A program made the position numbers and the translations under genes. A stretch of 35,422 nucleotides of DNA from Pseudomonadota bacterium (GTDB lineage: Bacteria; Pseudomonadota; Alphaproteobacteria; Geminicoccales; Geminicoccaceae). The notes below the pieces were generated by a model. The model was given only the letters and a program-made list of their open reading frames with translations, was not told where the DNA came from and did not search any database. Shown in pieces: positions 1 to 7,059 of the stretch. Location of the stretch: contig JBMCMJ010000001.1 in the NCBI GenBank assembly GCA_048615135.1, positions 1 to 35,422 of the forward strand. The letters are read 5' to 3'. Numbering within the stretch: the first letter of the stretch is position 1; each line of letters opens with the position of its first letter.

Positions 1-564
1 GAACGTGAGCGGCAGGATGCCGACGCCGGTCGTCCAGAGGAACGTCCACCAGCTCACGCGGGTGAGCCCGGCGGCGTAGTTGACCAGATTGAACGCGATC
101 ACCGGGACGAAGCGGCTGACGAGGAGCGTCGCCGCACCTTGATCGCGGGTCCAGTCGTCGAGGGCGGTGCGGTACCGCGCCGCCAGCAGCCGTTCGACCG
201 CGGCGCGTCCGAGATGACGCGCCAAGCCGAAGGAAAGCGCCGCCCCGAGCATCGCACCCGTCCACACCAGCACCGTACCGAGAACGGGCCCGAAAGCGGC
301 GCCCGCGCAAAGCGCCACGATCTCGGCCGGGAAGGGCACAAAGCAGTGGATGACCATCAGGACCACGATGGCCGCTGGACCCCACGGCCCGAGCTCGTCG
401 ATCCGGCCCCTCAGAAGGGTTCCGTCGATGTCGCCGCTGTCGAGGGTGATCGCCAGCAAACTGCCGACGAGGGCCAGCGCGATCAGCCCCGCCGCGGCGA
501 AGATTTGCGGGACGTCGAGCCGCGACCTTCCTGGCCCGAGGCCACCCGGTGAATCGTGGTCCAT
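1..564 (-). CDS. TVP38/TMEM64 (SNARE-associated, DedA superfamily) membrane protein; C-terminus runs off the window
   Basis: Not in the ORF track because no stop lies in the window. My translation of the reverse strand from ATG (562-564): MDHDSPGGLGPGRSRLDVPQIFAAAGLIALALVGSLLAI...HCFVPFPAEIVALCAGAAFGP..LSFGLARHLGR..LVSRFVPVIAFNLVNYAAGLT. This is the typical VTT-domain pattern and is paralogous to 32633..33370. Confidence 0.8.
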   Translation of the reverse strand, partial: MDHDSPGGLGPGRSRLDVPQIFAAAGLIALALVGSLLAITLDSGDIDGTLLRGRIDELGPWGPAAIVVLMVIHCFVPFPAEIVALCAGAAFGPVLGTVLVWTGAMLGAALSFGLARHLGRAAVERLLAARYRTALDDWTRDQGAATLLVSRFVPVIAFNLVNYAAGLTRVSWWTFLWTTGVGILPLTF

Positions 565-746
565 CGCGTCAGGCTAGGGCTTGATGCGCCGCACGCGGAA
601 GCTGGCGATGCACCCCCACCGACAGGCATCGGGACGCCGTTGCCTCGCTGCGGTCACCGGCCTCTTCACGGCGTCCTCACCGGAACGTGCCTGGACCGTC
701 GGCCGGCATCGGCGATCATGCGGGCCAGACAAGTACGGAGGGCGCC

Positions 747-1337
747 ATGACCCAGGCTTACCGGATGCACCTGCCACCGACCACGCTCGACGGGGCTGAT
801 GCGGACCAGCGGCGCGTCCTGGAGCGAGCCCGAGAGCGGCTCGGCTTCGTGCCCAACATGTACGCCAACATGGTGGCCTCGCCCGGCCTGCTCGAGACCT
901 ACATGGACGGCTACGAGCGCTTCCGGGCCGATTCGGGGTTCACGGCCGGCGAACAGGAGGTGGTGTTCTTGACGATCAGCCGGATCAACGGCTGCACCTA
1001 TTGCATGGCGGCGCATTCGATGCTGGCAACGAAAGTCGCCAAGTTGCCGTCGACGGAGATCGAGGCCCTGCGCACGGGTGGCGAACTCGCCGATCCCAAG
1101 CTGCGCGCCCTCGCGACATTCACGGAAGGCGTGGTCGAGAGCCGGGGCCGCCCCTCCACCCAGTCGACCAACGCCTTTCTGGCGGCCGGTTTCGGCGAAC
1201 GGCACGTGCTCGAGATCGTCCTCGCCCTCGCGGTCAAGACGCTCAGCAACTACGCCAACCATCTGTTCGAACCGGCCTTGGACGACCCCTTCGCGCCGTT
1301 CGCGTGGAACCCTTCGACTGTCCGCGACGCGGCCTAG
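747..1337 (+). CDS. AhpD-like / carboxymuconolactone decarboxylase (CMD) family protein with CxxC
   Basis: ORF 687..1337. Internal start MTQAYR at 747 preceded by GGAG (737-740). Motif RINGCTYCMAAH is typical of the CMD/alkylhydroperoxidase AhpD core. Confidence 0.8.
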   Translation: MTQAYRMHLPPTTLDGADADQRRVLERARERLGFVPNMYANMVASPGLLETYMDGYERFRADSGFTAGEQEVVFLTISRINGCTYCMAAHSMLATKVAKLPSTEIEALRTGGELADPKLRALATFTEGVVESRGRPSTQSTNAFLAAGFGERHVLEIVLALAVKTLSNYANHLFEPALDDPFAPFAWNPSTVRDAA

Positions 1338-1382
1338 GGCAGGCCCGCCACGCGGCAATCGAGACCCGATCGGAGCCCGGCC

Positions 1383-2168
1383 ATGAACAAGCTCGACAAG
1401 GTGCGTGATCCGGCGCACGTCGCGCTGTCGGTGCGGACCATGACCGTGGCCGACGTGCGCGACGCCCTGCGGCTCGGCCTCGCCGATTTCATGGCCATTC
1501 CGACGCACGGCGTGCTGTTCGGGCTGTTCTACGCGATTGCCGGCCTGTTGCTCGTGACCGTGGTCGTCGAGCGCGCGCTGTTGCCCTTGATCGTGCCGCT
1601 GGTCGGTGGCTTCGCCCTGCTCGGGCCCTTCGCCTCGGTCGGCTTCTACGCGCTCAGCAAGCGCCGCGACTCGGGTGCGGAGACGCGGTGGTGGCACATG
1701 TTGGAGGGCTACCGCACGGCGGCGGCCGGATCGCTGCTCGGCCTCGGGCTCGTGCTGGCGGCGATCTTCCTCCTCTGGATGGTGGTCGCCGCCGGGTTAA
1801 CGGATTTGCTGCTGGGGCCCCTGCCCACAGCGATCCCGGCCGCGCTCGGCGTGCTCTTCGCCAGCACCGAGGGCTGGACACTGATGTTGGTGGGTGGCGT
1901 CGTCGGCCTCGGCTTCGCGCTATTCGTCTTTGCCATTTCCGTGGTGGCGTTTCCGTTGATCCTCGACCGGGAGATCGATGCGATCACCGCCGCAAACACG
2001 TCCATCCGGGCGGTACGTCTGAACCCCGGCCCGATGGTCGCGTGGGCGCTGATCGTCGCCGTCCTGCTCGGCTTCGGCGCGCTGCCGGTTCTGCTGGGTC
2101 TACCGGTCGTGCTGCCGGTGCTGGGCCACGCCACGTGGCATCTCTACCGCAAGGTGATGCCGGACTGA
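1383..2168 (+). CDS. Polytopic inner-membrane protein, DUF2189-like
   Basis: 261-aa ORF with 5-6 hydrophobic helices. The N-terminal pattern V.TMTVADVRDALRLGLADF resembles DUF2189 proteins. Family assignment is from memory only. Confidence 0.6.
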   Translation: MNKLDKVRDPAHVALSVRTMTVADVRDALRLGLADFMAIPTHGVLFGLFYAIAGLLLVTVVVERALLPLIVPLVGGFALLGPFASVGFYALSKRRDSGAETRWWHMLEGYRTAAAGSLLGLGLVLAAIFLLWMVVAAGLTDLLLGPLPTAIPAALGVLFASTEGWTLMLVGGVVGLGFALFVFAISVVAFPLILDREIDAITAANTSIRAVRLNPGPMVAWALIVAVLLGFGALPVLLGLPVVLPVLGHATWHLYRKVMPD

Positions 2169-2193
2169 CAACCGAAGCTGCAAAGGCCAACCC

Positions 2194-2670
2194 ATGACAT
2201 CTGCTCTCGCCGTCCTTCGGGCCGCCGTCTTCCTGTCGCTGCTGGTCATCGCCCCGGCGCAGGCTTTGCAACCGCTGCCCGGCTGGGAGATCCGCGAGAC
2301 GCCGCACGACTACCCCACCCTGGTGACGCGCGTCGAAGCCGCCATCGAGGCGAGCCCGCTCGCCCTGGTGACGCGGGCGAGTGCCACCGTCGGGGCGCGG
2401 GCAATCGGTCGCGAAATCCCGGGCAACATGGTGATCGGGGTGTTCGCCCCGCCCTTCGCGGTGCGCATGCTGGAGGCGAGCGTGCAGGCCGGCATCGAGG
2501 CGCCGCTCCGGCTCTACGTGACCGAAAACGAGGACGGCACCGCGACCTTGAGCTGGCGCACCGCCAGCCACGTTTTTGCCCCCTACGACGACGGCGGCTC
2601 TGCCCTCGACGAGTTGGCGGTCGAACTGGACGGCCTGCTCCTGGCGATCGGTCGAGCGGCGATCGACTAG
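2194..2670 (+). CDS. Exported DUF302-domain protein
   Basis: Signal peptide MTSALAVLRAAVFLSLLVIAPAQA. The body (ASPLALVTRA...GNMVIGVFAPPFAVRMLE...LRLYVTENEDGTATLSW) matches the DUF302 pattern. Confidence 0.7.
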   Translation: MTSALAVLRAAVFLSLLVIAPAQALQPLPGWEIRETPHDYPTLVTRVEAAIEASPLALVTRASATVGARAIGREIPGNMVIGVFAPPFAVRMLEASVQAGIEAPLRLYVTENEDGTATLSWRTASHVFAPYDDGGSALDELAVELDGLLLAIGRAAID

Positions 2671-2782
2671 GCGGAGCGTGCCTCGTCTCGCGCTCCGCGG
2701 GGAGGCCGCATCCCCATCCGCATCGCACCCGTGACCGCCCGCACGAAGCGGAGTGGTGAGAACCCCAACGAAGGAGGACGAC

Positions 2783-3214
2783 ATGCGTCACACCCTCGCC
2801 ATTACGGCCCTCGCTGCCGCGGCAGCACTTGCAGGCACGTCCCTGGCGCAGAACCTCGATCCGGCCCTCGTCACCCAGCCGGCCGACGTCCGCCTGCACC
2901 AGGCACCGGCGGCCGAGCTGGAGGAAATGGGGGCCCAACTGTTCGCCGATCCGAGCCTCGGCGCGACCGGTGCGTCCTGCGCCACCTGCCACGAAGGCTT
3001 CCAGAACTATCGCGGCACCTTCGCCGAGCCCTATCCGCATTTCGTGCGGATGGGCCGTGACATGGCGGGAATGGACGAGGTGAAGGCGGCCGAGATGGTC
3101 CAGCTCTGCATGGTGGTGCCGATGGGGGCCGACCCCCTGCCCTGGGACAGCGTCGAGCTGGCCGCACTCACGGCTTATGTCGAGGCGGAACGCGCGCGCT
3201 TCGCCGCCCGCTGA
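2783..3214 (+). CDS. Periplasmic mono-haem c-type cytochrome
   Basis: Start MRHTLAITALAAAAALAG preceded by GAAGGAGGA (2770-2778). Has a signal peptide and the haem-binding motif CATCH. Confidence 0.75.
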   Translation: MRHTLAITALAAAAALAGTSLAQNLDPALVTQPADVRLHQAPAAELEEMGAQLFADPSLGATGASCATCHEGFQNYRGTFAEPYPHFVRMGRDMAGMDEVKAAEMVQLCMVVPMGADPLPWDSVELAALTAYVEAERARFAAR

Positions 3215-3235
3215 GCCGAGCCCGGACGAAGGCCG

Positions 3236-3976
3236 ATGATGCAGGAAGCGGCGCGGGTCTGGGAGGTCGTCCTGGCAGGCGGCCTCCTGCATCTCGGCTT
3301 CGCGACGGTGGCGCTCGCCTATCTCTTTCGCGACATGCTCCATCTGCGGGTCGTGGCCGCCCTTGGCTACGCGCTCTTTCTCGCCCATACGCTGCCGCAG
3401 GGTTCCGCCGAAGCGCTCGTCGCCGGTGGCTGGTACGTCGCCTTCCTGCTGGTCAATCTCGGCCACGCCCTGATGCTGGCCTATCAACGTCGCTGCGACA
3501 GCCTGACCGCGGAGGAACGCCGGCTCACGGCCACCGCCCTCGCCAGTCTCGACGTCGGTGCCGCGCGCCGAATGATGCGGCGCGGCACGTGGCTCGATCT
3601 GGCGCCGGGAACCCGGCTGACGCAGCGGGGCGAACGGGGAACCCGGCTCTACGCCCTCCTTCGGGGGCGGGTCGACGTCGAGATCGACGGCGTTGCCGTG
3701 GCCGAGGCGGGGCCCGGCGAATTCGTCGGCGAGATCGGCTTTCTGGCGAACGGTCCGGCCACGGCGACCGCAACGGCGGCGGGACCGGTCCGTGCCCTGG
3801 TGTGGGATCGGGACGAGCTGGAGCGGGCGATACGCCGTTCCCCGGAACTCCATGCGACCGTCCATGCCGCCTTCGGCAGCGATCTCGCCCGCAAGGTCGC
3901 CACGCAGTCGCTCCGACCCCGAGCGGGCCTCCCCGACTCTCGACCCGCGGAAGCGGAACGCGCCGAGTCCGCCTGA
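3236..3976 (+). CDS. Membrane-anchored cyclic-nucleotide-binding domain protein
   Basis: About 90 N-terminal hydrophobic residues (3 helices), then a cNMP-binding beta-barrel pattern (LYALLRGRVDVEIDGVAVAEAGPGEFVGEIGFL...ATATA). Confidence 0.7.
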   Translation: MMQEAARVWEVVLAGGLLHLGFATVALAYLFRDMLHLRVVAALGYALFLAHTLPQGSAEALVAGGWYVAFLLVNLGHALMLAYQRRCDSLTAEERRLTATALASLDVGAARRMMRRGTWLDLAPGTRLTQRGERGTRLYALLRGRVDVEIDGVAVAEAGPGEFVGEIGFLANGPATATATAAGPVRALVWDRDELERAIRRSPELHATVHAAFGSDLARKVATQSLRPRAGLPDSRPAEAERAESA

Positions 3977-4019
3977 TCGCGCGGCGTCGCGATCGAGGAG
4001 GCGGCCGCGCGATACGGAC

Positions 4020-4055
4020 AAAAAAACGCGGACACCTTCGGGTGCCCGCGCTTTT
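4020..4055. terminator. Bidirectional intrinsic terminator between convergent genes
   Basis: A7 run (4020-4026). Stem CGCGGACACC (4027-4036), UUCG-type tetraloop TTCG (4037-4040), stem GGTGCCCGCG (4041-4050; 9 of 10 pairs). T4 run (4052-4055). Confidence 0.7.
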
Positions 4056-4078
4056 CGACGTCGACCGGGTGGCAGGCG

Positions 4079-4360
4079 TCAGCCGCCCTCGGCTTCACCC
4101 TCCGCCTCGGCCTCGCCTTCTCCCTCCGCTTCGGCCTCGGCCTCACCCTCGGCTTCCGCTTCGGCTTCTCCTTCGGCCTCGGCCTCACCCTCGGCTTCGG
4201 CTTCCGCCTGGGCCAACACGATGGTCTCGTCCGCATTAGCGGCCATCGCCGCCGGAACCGGGTTCGCCGCGACCGCCGCCACCATGAAGGGGGCGGAGTA
4301 AAGCAGGCCGCGCGACACCGATGCCAGCAACGAACGCCGCCGCTGCTCCAACTCGGACAT
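4079..4360 (-). CDS. Small (93 aa) twin-arginine-signal-like protein with a C-terminal strictly alternating (Ala/Gly)-Glu repeat tail (copy 1)
   Basis: Start at 4360 preceded by GGGAGGA. Sequence: MSELEQRRRSLLASVSRGLLYSAPFMVAAVAANPVPAAMA/ANADETIVLAQ + (A/G-E)x20 + GG. RRxLLA, a hydrophobic region and AMA give a Tat/Sec-type signal. The leader is conserved with 16535..16783 despite many synonymous codon differences. Confidence 0.75.
   Translation of the reverse strand: MSELEQRRRSLLASVSRGLLYSAPFMVAAVAANPVPAAMAANADETIVLAQAEAEAEGEAEAEGEAEAEAEGEAEAEAEGEGEAEAEGEAEGG
4082..4207 (-). repeat. Coding low-complexity repeat GAR-GCN/GGN (units GEAEAE / GEAEAEAE)
   Basis: The plus strand reads gcctcggcttc-type 6-nt periodic repeats. 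Translation on the minus strand is AEAEAEGEAEAEGEAEAEAEGEAEAEAEGEGEAEAEGEAEGG. Confidence 0.9.
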
Positions 4361-4436
4361 GATGGTCCTCCCTCGTGTCGTGGATCGACACCCCACACTA
4401 AGCGGAGCCCCGGTCCGAGGTAACCTCGAGCCCGCT

Positions 4437-4495
4437 CACGATCGCGTCAGTCCGGGGCATGGTCCCGTGCCGGCTTTGGGCCCTGCACCTATGCT
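4437..4495. promoter_or_regulatory. Conserved two-box module in the divergent intergenic region (CACGATCGCGTCA, 37 nt, ACCTATGCT)
   Basis: The 13-mer (4437-4449) and 9-mer (4487-4495) recur with identical 37-nt spacing at 16864-16876 and 16914-16922, upstream of the paralogous small gene. The intervening sequence is not conserved. Confidence 0.4.
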
Positions 4496-4536
4496 GTGTC
4501 CGTGCATGACGGCCCGAGGCCCGAGGGGAGAGCTCC

Positions 4537-6918
4537 ATGACCGAGGCACCAACGACCGCCAAGCGGCGCTACTGGCTCGGCGGCAACCGCCACGACGCCC
4601 AGGACCGCTTCTTCCGCGAAGCCCTCGATCCCGCACTCTGGGAGCCGGGCGACGCGACGGCATGGGAGGCCTGCTGGTACACCGGCATGCCGAAGGCCGA
4701 GGCATTCGAGGCGCTCGACGGCCGGAAGTGGGCGAACCACATCCCCGGCAACAACGCCCTCACGGTGAAGAGCCGGCTGGCCGCCACCCTGGCCGCCACC
4801 CGCGATCGGTTGCTGGCCGACGAAGGGCCGGACGGTGAAGGGCCGCAGCGCATGGGCTTCTTTCCCGAAACCTTCGCCATGCCCCGGCACTATCACGCCT
4901 TCCAGGCGGCGGCCCTGGCCGAGCCGGAGGCGCGGTGGATCCTCAAGCCCAAGAACGCCTCCAAGGGCCGCGACATCCGGCTGGTCGAGGATCCGGCGAC
5001 CGTGCCGACCGGTGATCGCTGGATGGTGCAGCGCTATCTGCACGAACCGCACACCATTCGCGGGCACAAATACGTGCTGCGGCTCTACGTCCTGATCACG
5101 TCGGTCGAGCCGCTACGCGTCTATCTCTACCACGAGGGCTTCGCCAAGCTCGCCTCCGAGCCCTACGACCTGAACGACCCCTCGAACGTGTTCAGCCACC
5201 TGACCAACCCCGACATCAACGAGACCAACACGGCGGTCGCCTCGCCCGTGGTGTTCATCCCGTTCCGCGACTATCGCGCCTGGCTGCGCGACCAGGGCCA
5301 CGACGATGCGGCGCTGTTCGAGCGGGTCCACGATCTCGTGACGCTCACCGCGATCGCCGCCCGCGAGCCGCTCCGCCAACGCCTCGCCGAGGTCCAAGCC
5401 GACACGAGCGGCTGCTACGAACTGCTCGGCATCGACTGCCTGATCGACGCGCGGCTGAAGCCTTGGATCATGGAGTGCAACCTGAACCCGTCGCTCGACG
5501 TCTGTGCCGCACCCGAGGATGGCGGCGAGGTCGAGTTCGCCATCAAGCGCCAGCTCGTGCACGACCTCGTGGCGATGCTCGGATTGAACCAACCGCAGCC
5601 GGCGCATCCCGGCCTGGAGGGTGAGGCCCGGCTCGTCGCCGAGGCGGCGGCGGAGCTGGCCCATGCCGGCGGCTGGCAGCGGCTCTTGCCACACCCCGAA
5701 CCGGAGCGCCACCTGCCGTTCTTCACGGCCCCCCGGCTCGCCGACGTCGTCCTCGCCGATGCCGTCGCCGGGCGGCGGGTGCATCTGCCGACCTTTTGCC
5801 GGCACCGCGCGGCCGAGATCGTCGAGCCCGACCACCTGGCGCTCTACGCCGAGGACGAGGGCGTGCTCTATCACCCGAACCCGACCGCGACGTGGCTCTG
5901 GCTGCACGCGACGGCCGGGCTCGATCCCGACGATCTCGCCGAGCGGCTGGCGGCCGAACGGGGTGCCGGCGACGCCGCCACCCGCCGGGCGGTGCGCGCC
6001 GAGGTCTGGGCGCAATTGGCCGACTGGGCTGCCGCCGGCCTGATTCGGCAGACGCGCGGAACGGAGGTGCCGGCGCACGCGGCTGCACCTCGCCCGGCTC
6101 CGATCGAGACGACGCTGCACGTGGGCCTGGGCGATGCGACGGTCAGTCTGGGTCTGCGAAGCGCGCCCGTCGTCGCGCGTCTCGATGGCCTCTGGGCGCG
6201 CGCGTCCGTTGGCGCGGAGCCGGTGACGCACCTGGAGGTGATCGAGACCCGCCGCGGCTACGGCCTCGTCCAGGCCGGGCGGTCGATCGCCGACGACTTG
6301 GCGTTGGCGGAGGTGGCGCCGGCCATCGTCGCGGCCCTTCTGTCGACGGCAGCCCCCCACGGCACCCTCACCGGCGCGGTCCTCTGCCCGCCCTCCGCAA
6401 GCACGGGAATTCTCGTTGCCCCCGGCCCCGTCGAGGCGAGCGACGCTCCGGCGTTCGCCCTGGCCAGAGCCCTGAAGGCGGAACTTTCGGGCGGGCTCCG
6501 CCTGGACGCATTGCCGACCGACCCTTGCCGGCCCCTGGGGCTGCCCGCTCGGGTGCCGCTCGGTCACGCCGGGGTGCGTCACCGTCACCGTTGGCCCGAT
6601 GGCCGAGAGGCGGGGCTCGTGCCGACGCGGCCGGCGCCTGCGCTGCCCATCGCTGCGGTGCTCGTGCCGACGACGGACCTCGCGGCCGACGACGCTTCGC
6701 TCGTCCCGCTCTCACCGGCGCGCACCCTTGCGGCCCTCTTGCCCGGCTTGCGCGGGGCCGAGGGAGGCCGGCCGAGTGCCGCCGACGTCAGCCGGCTCCA
6801 CGCTTGGCTGGAGAGCCGGCCGGGCTTCGCCGTGCCCGCGGACCGGCCCGCGGCCGTGGCGGCGGCGCTCCACCTCTGGCTGCGTCGGGAGCCGACCGGG
6901 GAGAAGCTCGCCGGCTGA
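4537..6918 (+). CDS. Tubulin-tyrosine-ligase-like (TTL/TTLL family ATP-grasp) enzyme fused to a PqqD-like peptide-recognition segment and a P-loop-less HprK-like C-terminal segment
   Basis: ATG 4537 preceded by GGGGAGAG. Ordered TTL hallmarks: WANHIPGNNALTVKSRL, RWILKPKNASKGRDIRL, WMVQRYLHEP, HKYVLRLYVLITS, LRVYLYHEGFAKLA, FSHLTNPDIN, CYELLGIDCLIDARLKPWIMECNLNPSL. The C-terminal half is described under findings. Confidence 0.8.
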   Translation: MTEAPTTAKRRYWLGGNRHDAQDRFFREALDPALWEPGDATAWEACWYTGMPKAEAFEALDGRKWANHIPGNNALTVKSRLAATLAATRDRLLADEGPDGEGPQRMGFFPETFAMPRHYHAFQAAALAEPEARWILKPKNASKGRDIRLVEDPATVPTGDRWMVQRYLHEPHTIRGHKYVLRLYVLITSVEPLRVYLYHEGFAKLASEPYDLNDPSNVFSHLTNPDINETNTAVASPVVFIPFRDYRAWLRDQGHDDAALFERVHDLVTLTAIAAREPLRQRLAEVQADTSGCYELLGIDCLIDARLKPWIMECNLNPSLDVCAAPEDGGEVEFAIKRQLVHDLVAMLGLNQPQPAHPGLEGEARLVAEAAAELAHAGGWQRLLPHPEPERHLPFFTAPRLADVVLADAVAGRRVHLPTFCRHRAAEIVEPDHLALYAEDEGVLYHPNPTATWLWLHATAGLDPDDLAERLAAERGAGDAATRRAVRAEVWAQLADWAAAGLIRQTRGTEVPAHAAAPRPAPIETTLHVGLGDATVSLGLRSAPVVARLDGLWARASVGAEPVTHLEVIETRRGYGLVQAGRSIADDLALAEVAPAIVAALLSTAAPHGTLTGAVLCPPSASTGILVAPGPVEASDAPAFALARALKAELSGGLRLDALPTDPCRPLGLPARVPLGHAGVRHRHRWPDGREAGLVPTRPAPALPIAAVLVPTTDLAADDASLVPLSPARTLAALLPGLRGAEGGRPSAADVSRLHAWLESRPGFAVPADRPAAVAAALHLWLRREPTGEKLAG

Positions 6919-7059
6919 CGCGCCGGTCGCGGAGCGGTGATCGCCCGTGGGCCGATCGTCAGTGGGACATCCGGCGCGGCGCCGTACCCTCGGTGGTGTC
7001 CGGTCGCGGTACCCAAGCTCGCGTCGGCCGCTGCACCAACGAATGTCCGGAGAGCCACC

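Noticed and set aside
687-746. Upstream extensions of several track ORFs: 687, 2753, 6937, 7712, 12349, 14148, 16647, 28466, 32108, and minus-strand 11997, 19778, 21447, 24411, 26049, 30521, 31905
   Set aside because: The extensions overlap neighbouring genes or intergenic DNA, lack an RBS, and precede the point where family homology or signal peptides begin. Internal starts with Shine-Dalgarno-like sequences were preferred, though the exact starts remain uncertain.
2246-4021. Very long ORFs in the track: 2246..4021 (-), 5113..6588 (-), 5796..7775 (+), 8866..10359 (-), 9581..11917 (-), 12343..14553 (-), 15028..16155 (-), 19592..21418 N-terminal part (-), 21590..23875 (+), 24494..26308 (-), 24844..26574 (+), 25866..27710 (-), 27136..29007 (-), 30331..31950 (+), 33303..34988 (-)
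   Set aside because: They lie antisense to, or out of frame with, genes that have clear family motifs. Their translations are Arg/Pro/Gly/Ala-rich with no recognisable domains. Stop-codon-poor alternative frames are expected at this G+C content.
4082-4207. Possible CRISPR array or non-coding tandem repeat at the two gcctcggcttc-type tracts
   Set aside because: The period is 6 nt, with 18/24-nt super-units. There are no unique spacers and the tracts sit in frame inside small ORFs. This is not CRISPR architecture.
3589-4301. Plus-strand ORFs across the repeat tracts, translating to (SA)n / (PR)n / (LR)n low-complexity strings: 3589..4239, 3693..4301, 16216..16668, 16496..16729
   Set aside because: These are antisense readings of the GAR-GCN repeat. 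They have no RBS at a sensible start, and no region is conserved between the two loci in these frames. The minus-strand frames have strong RBSs and a conserved leader with synonymous substitutions.
4079-4396. Longer versions of the small ORFs, starting at 4396 (MGCRSTT...) and 16855 (MASGFPEL...)
   Set aside because: The N-terminal extensions are not conserved between the copies and lack an RBS. Both internal ATGs (4360, 16783) are preceded by GGGAGG-type sites, and homology begins exactly there.
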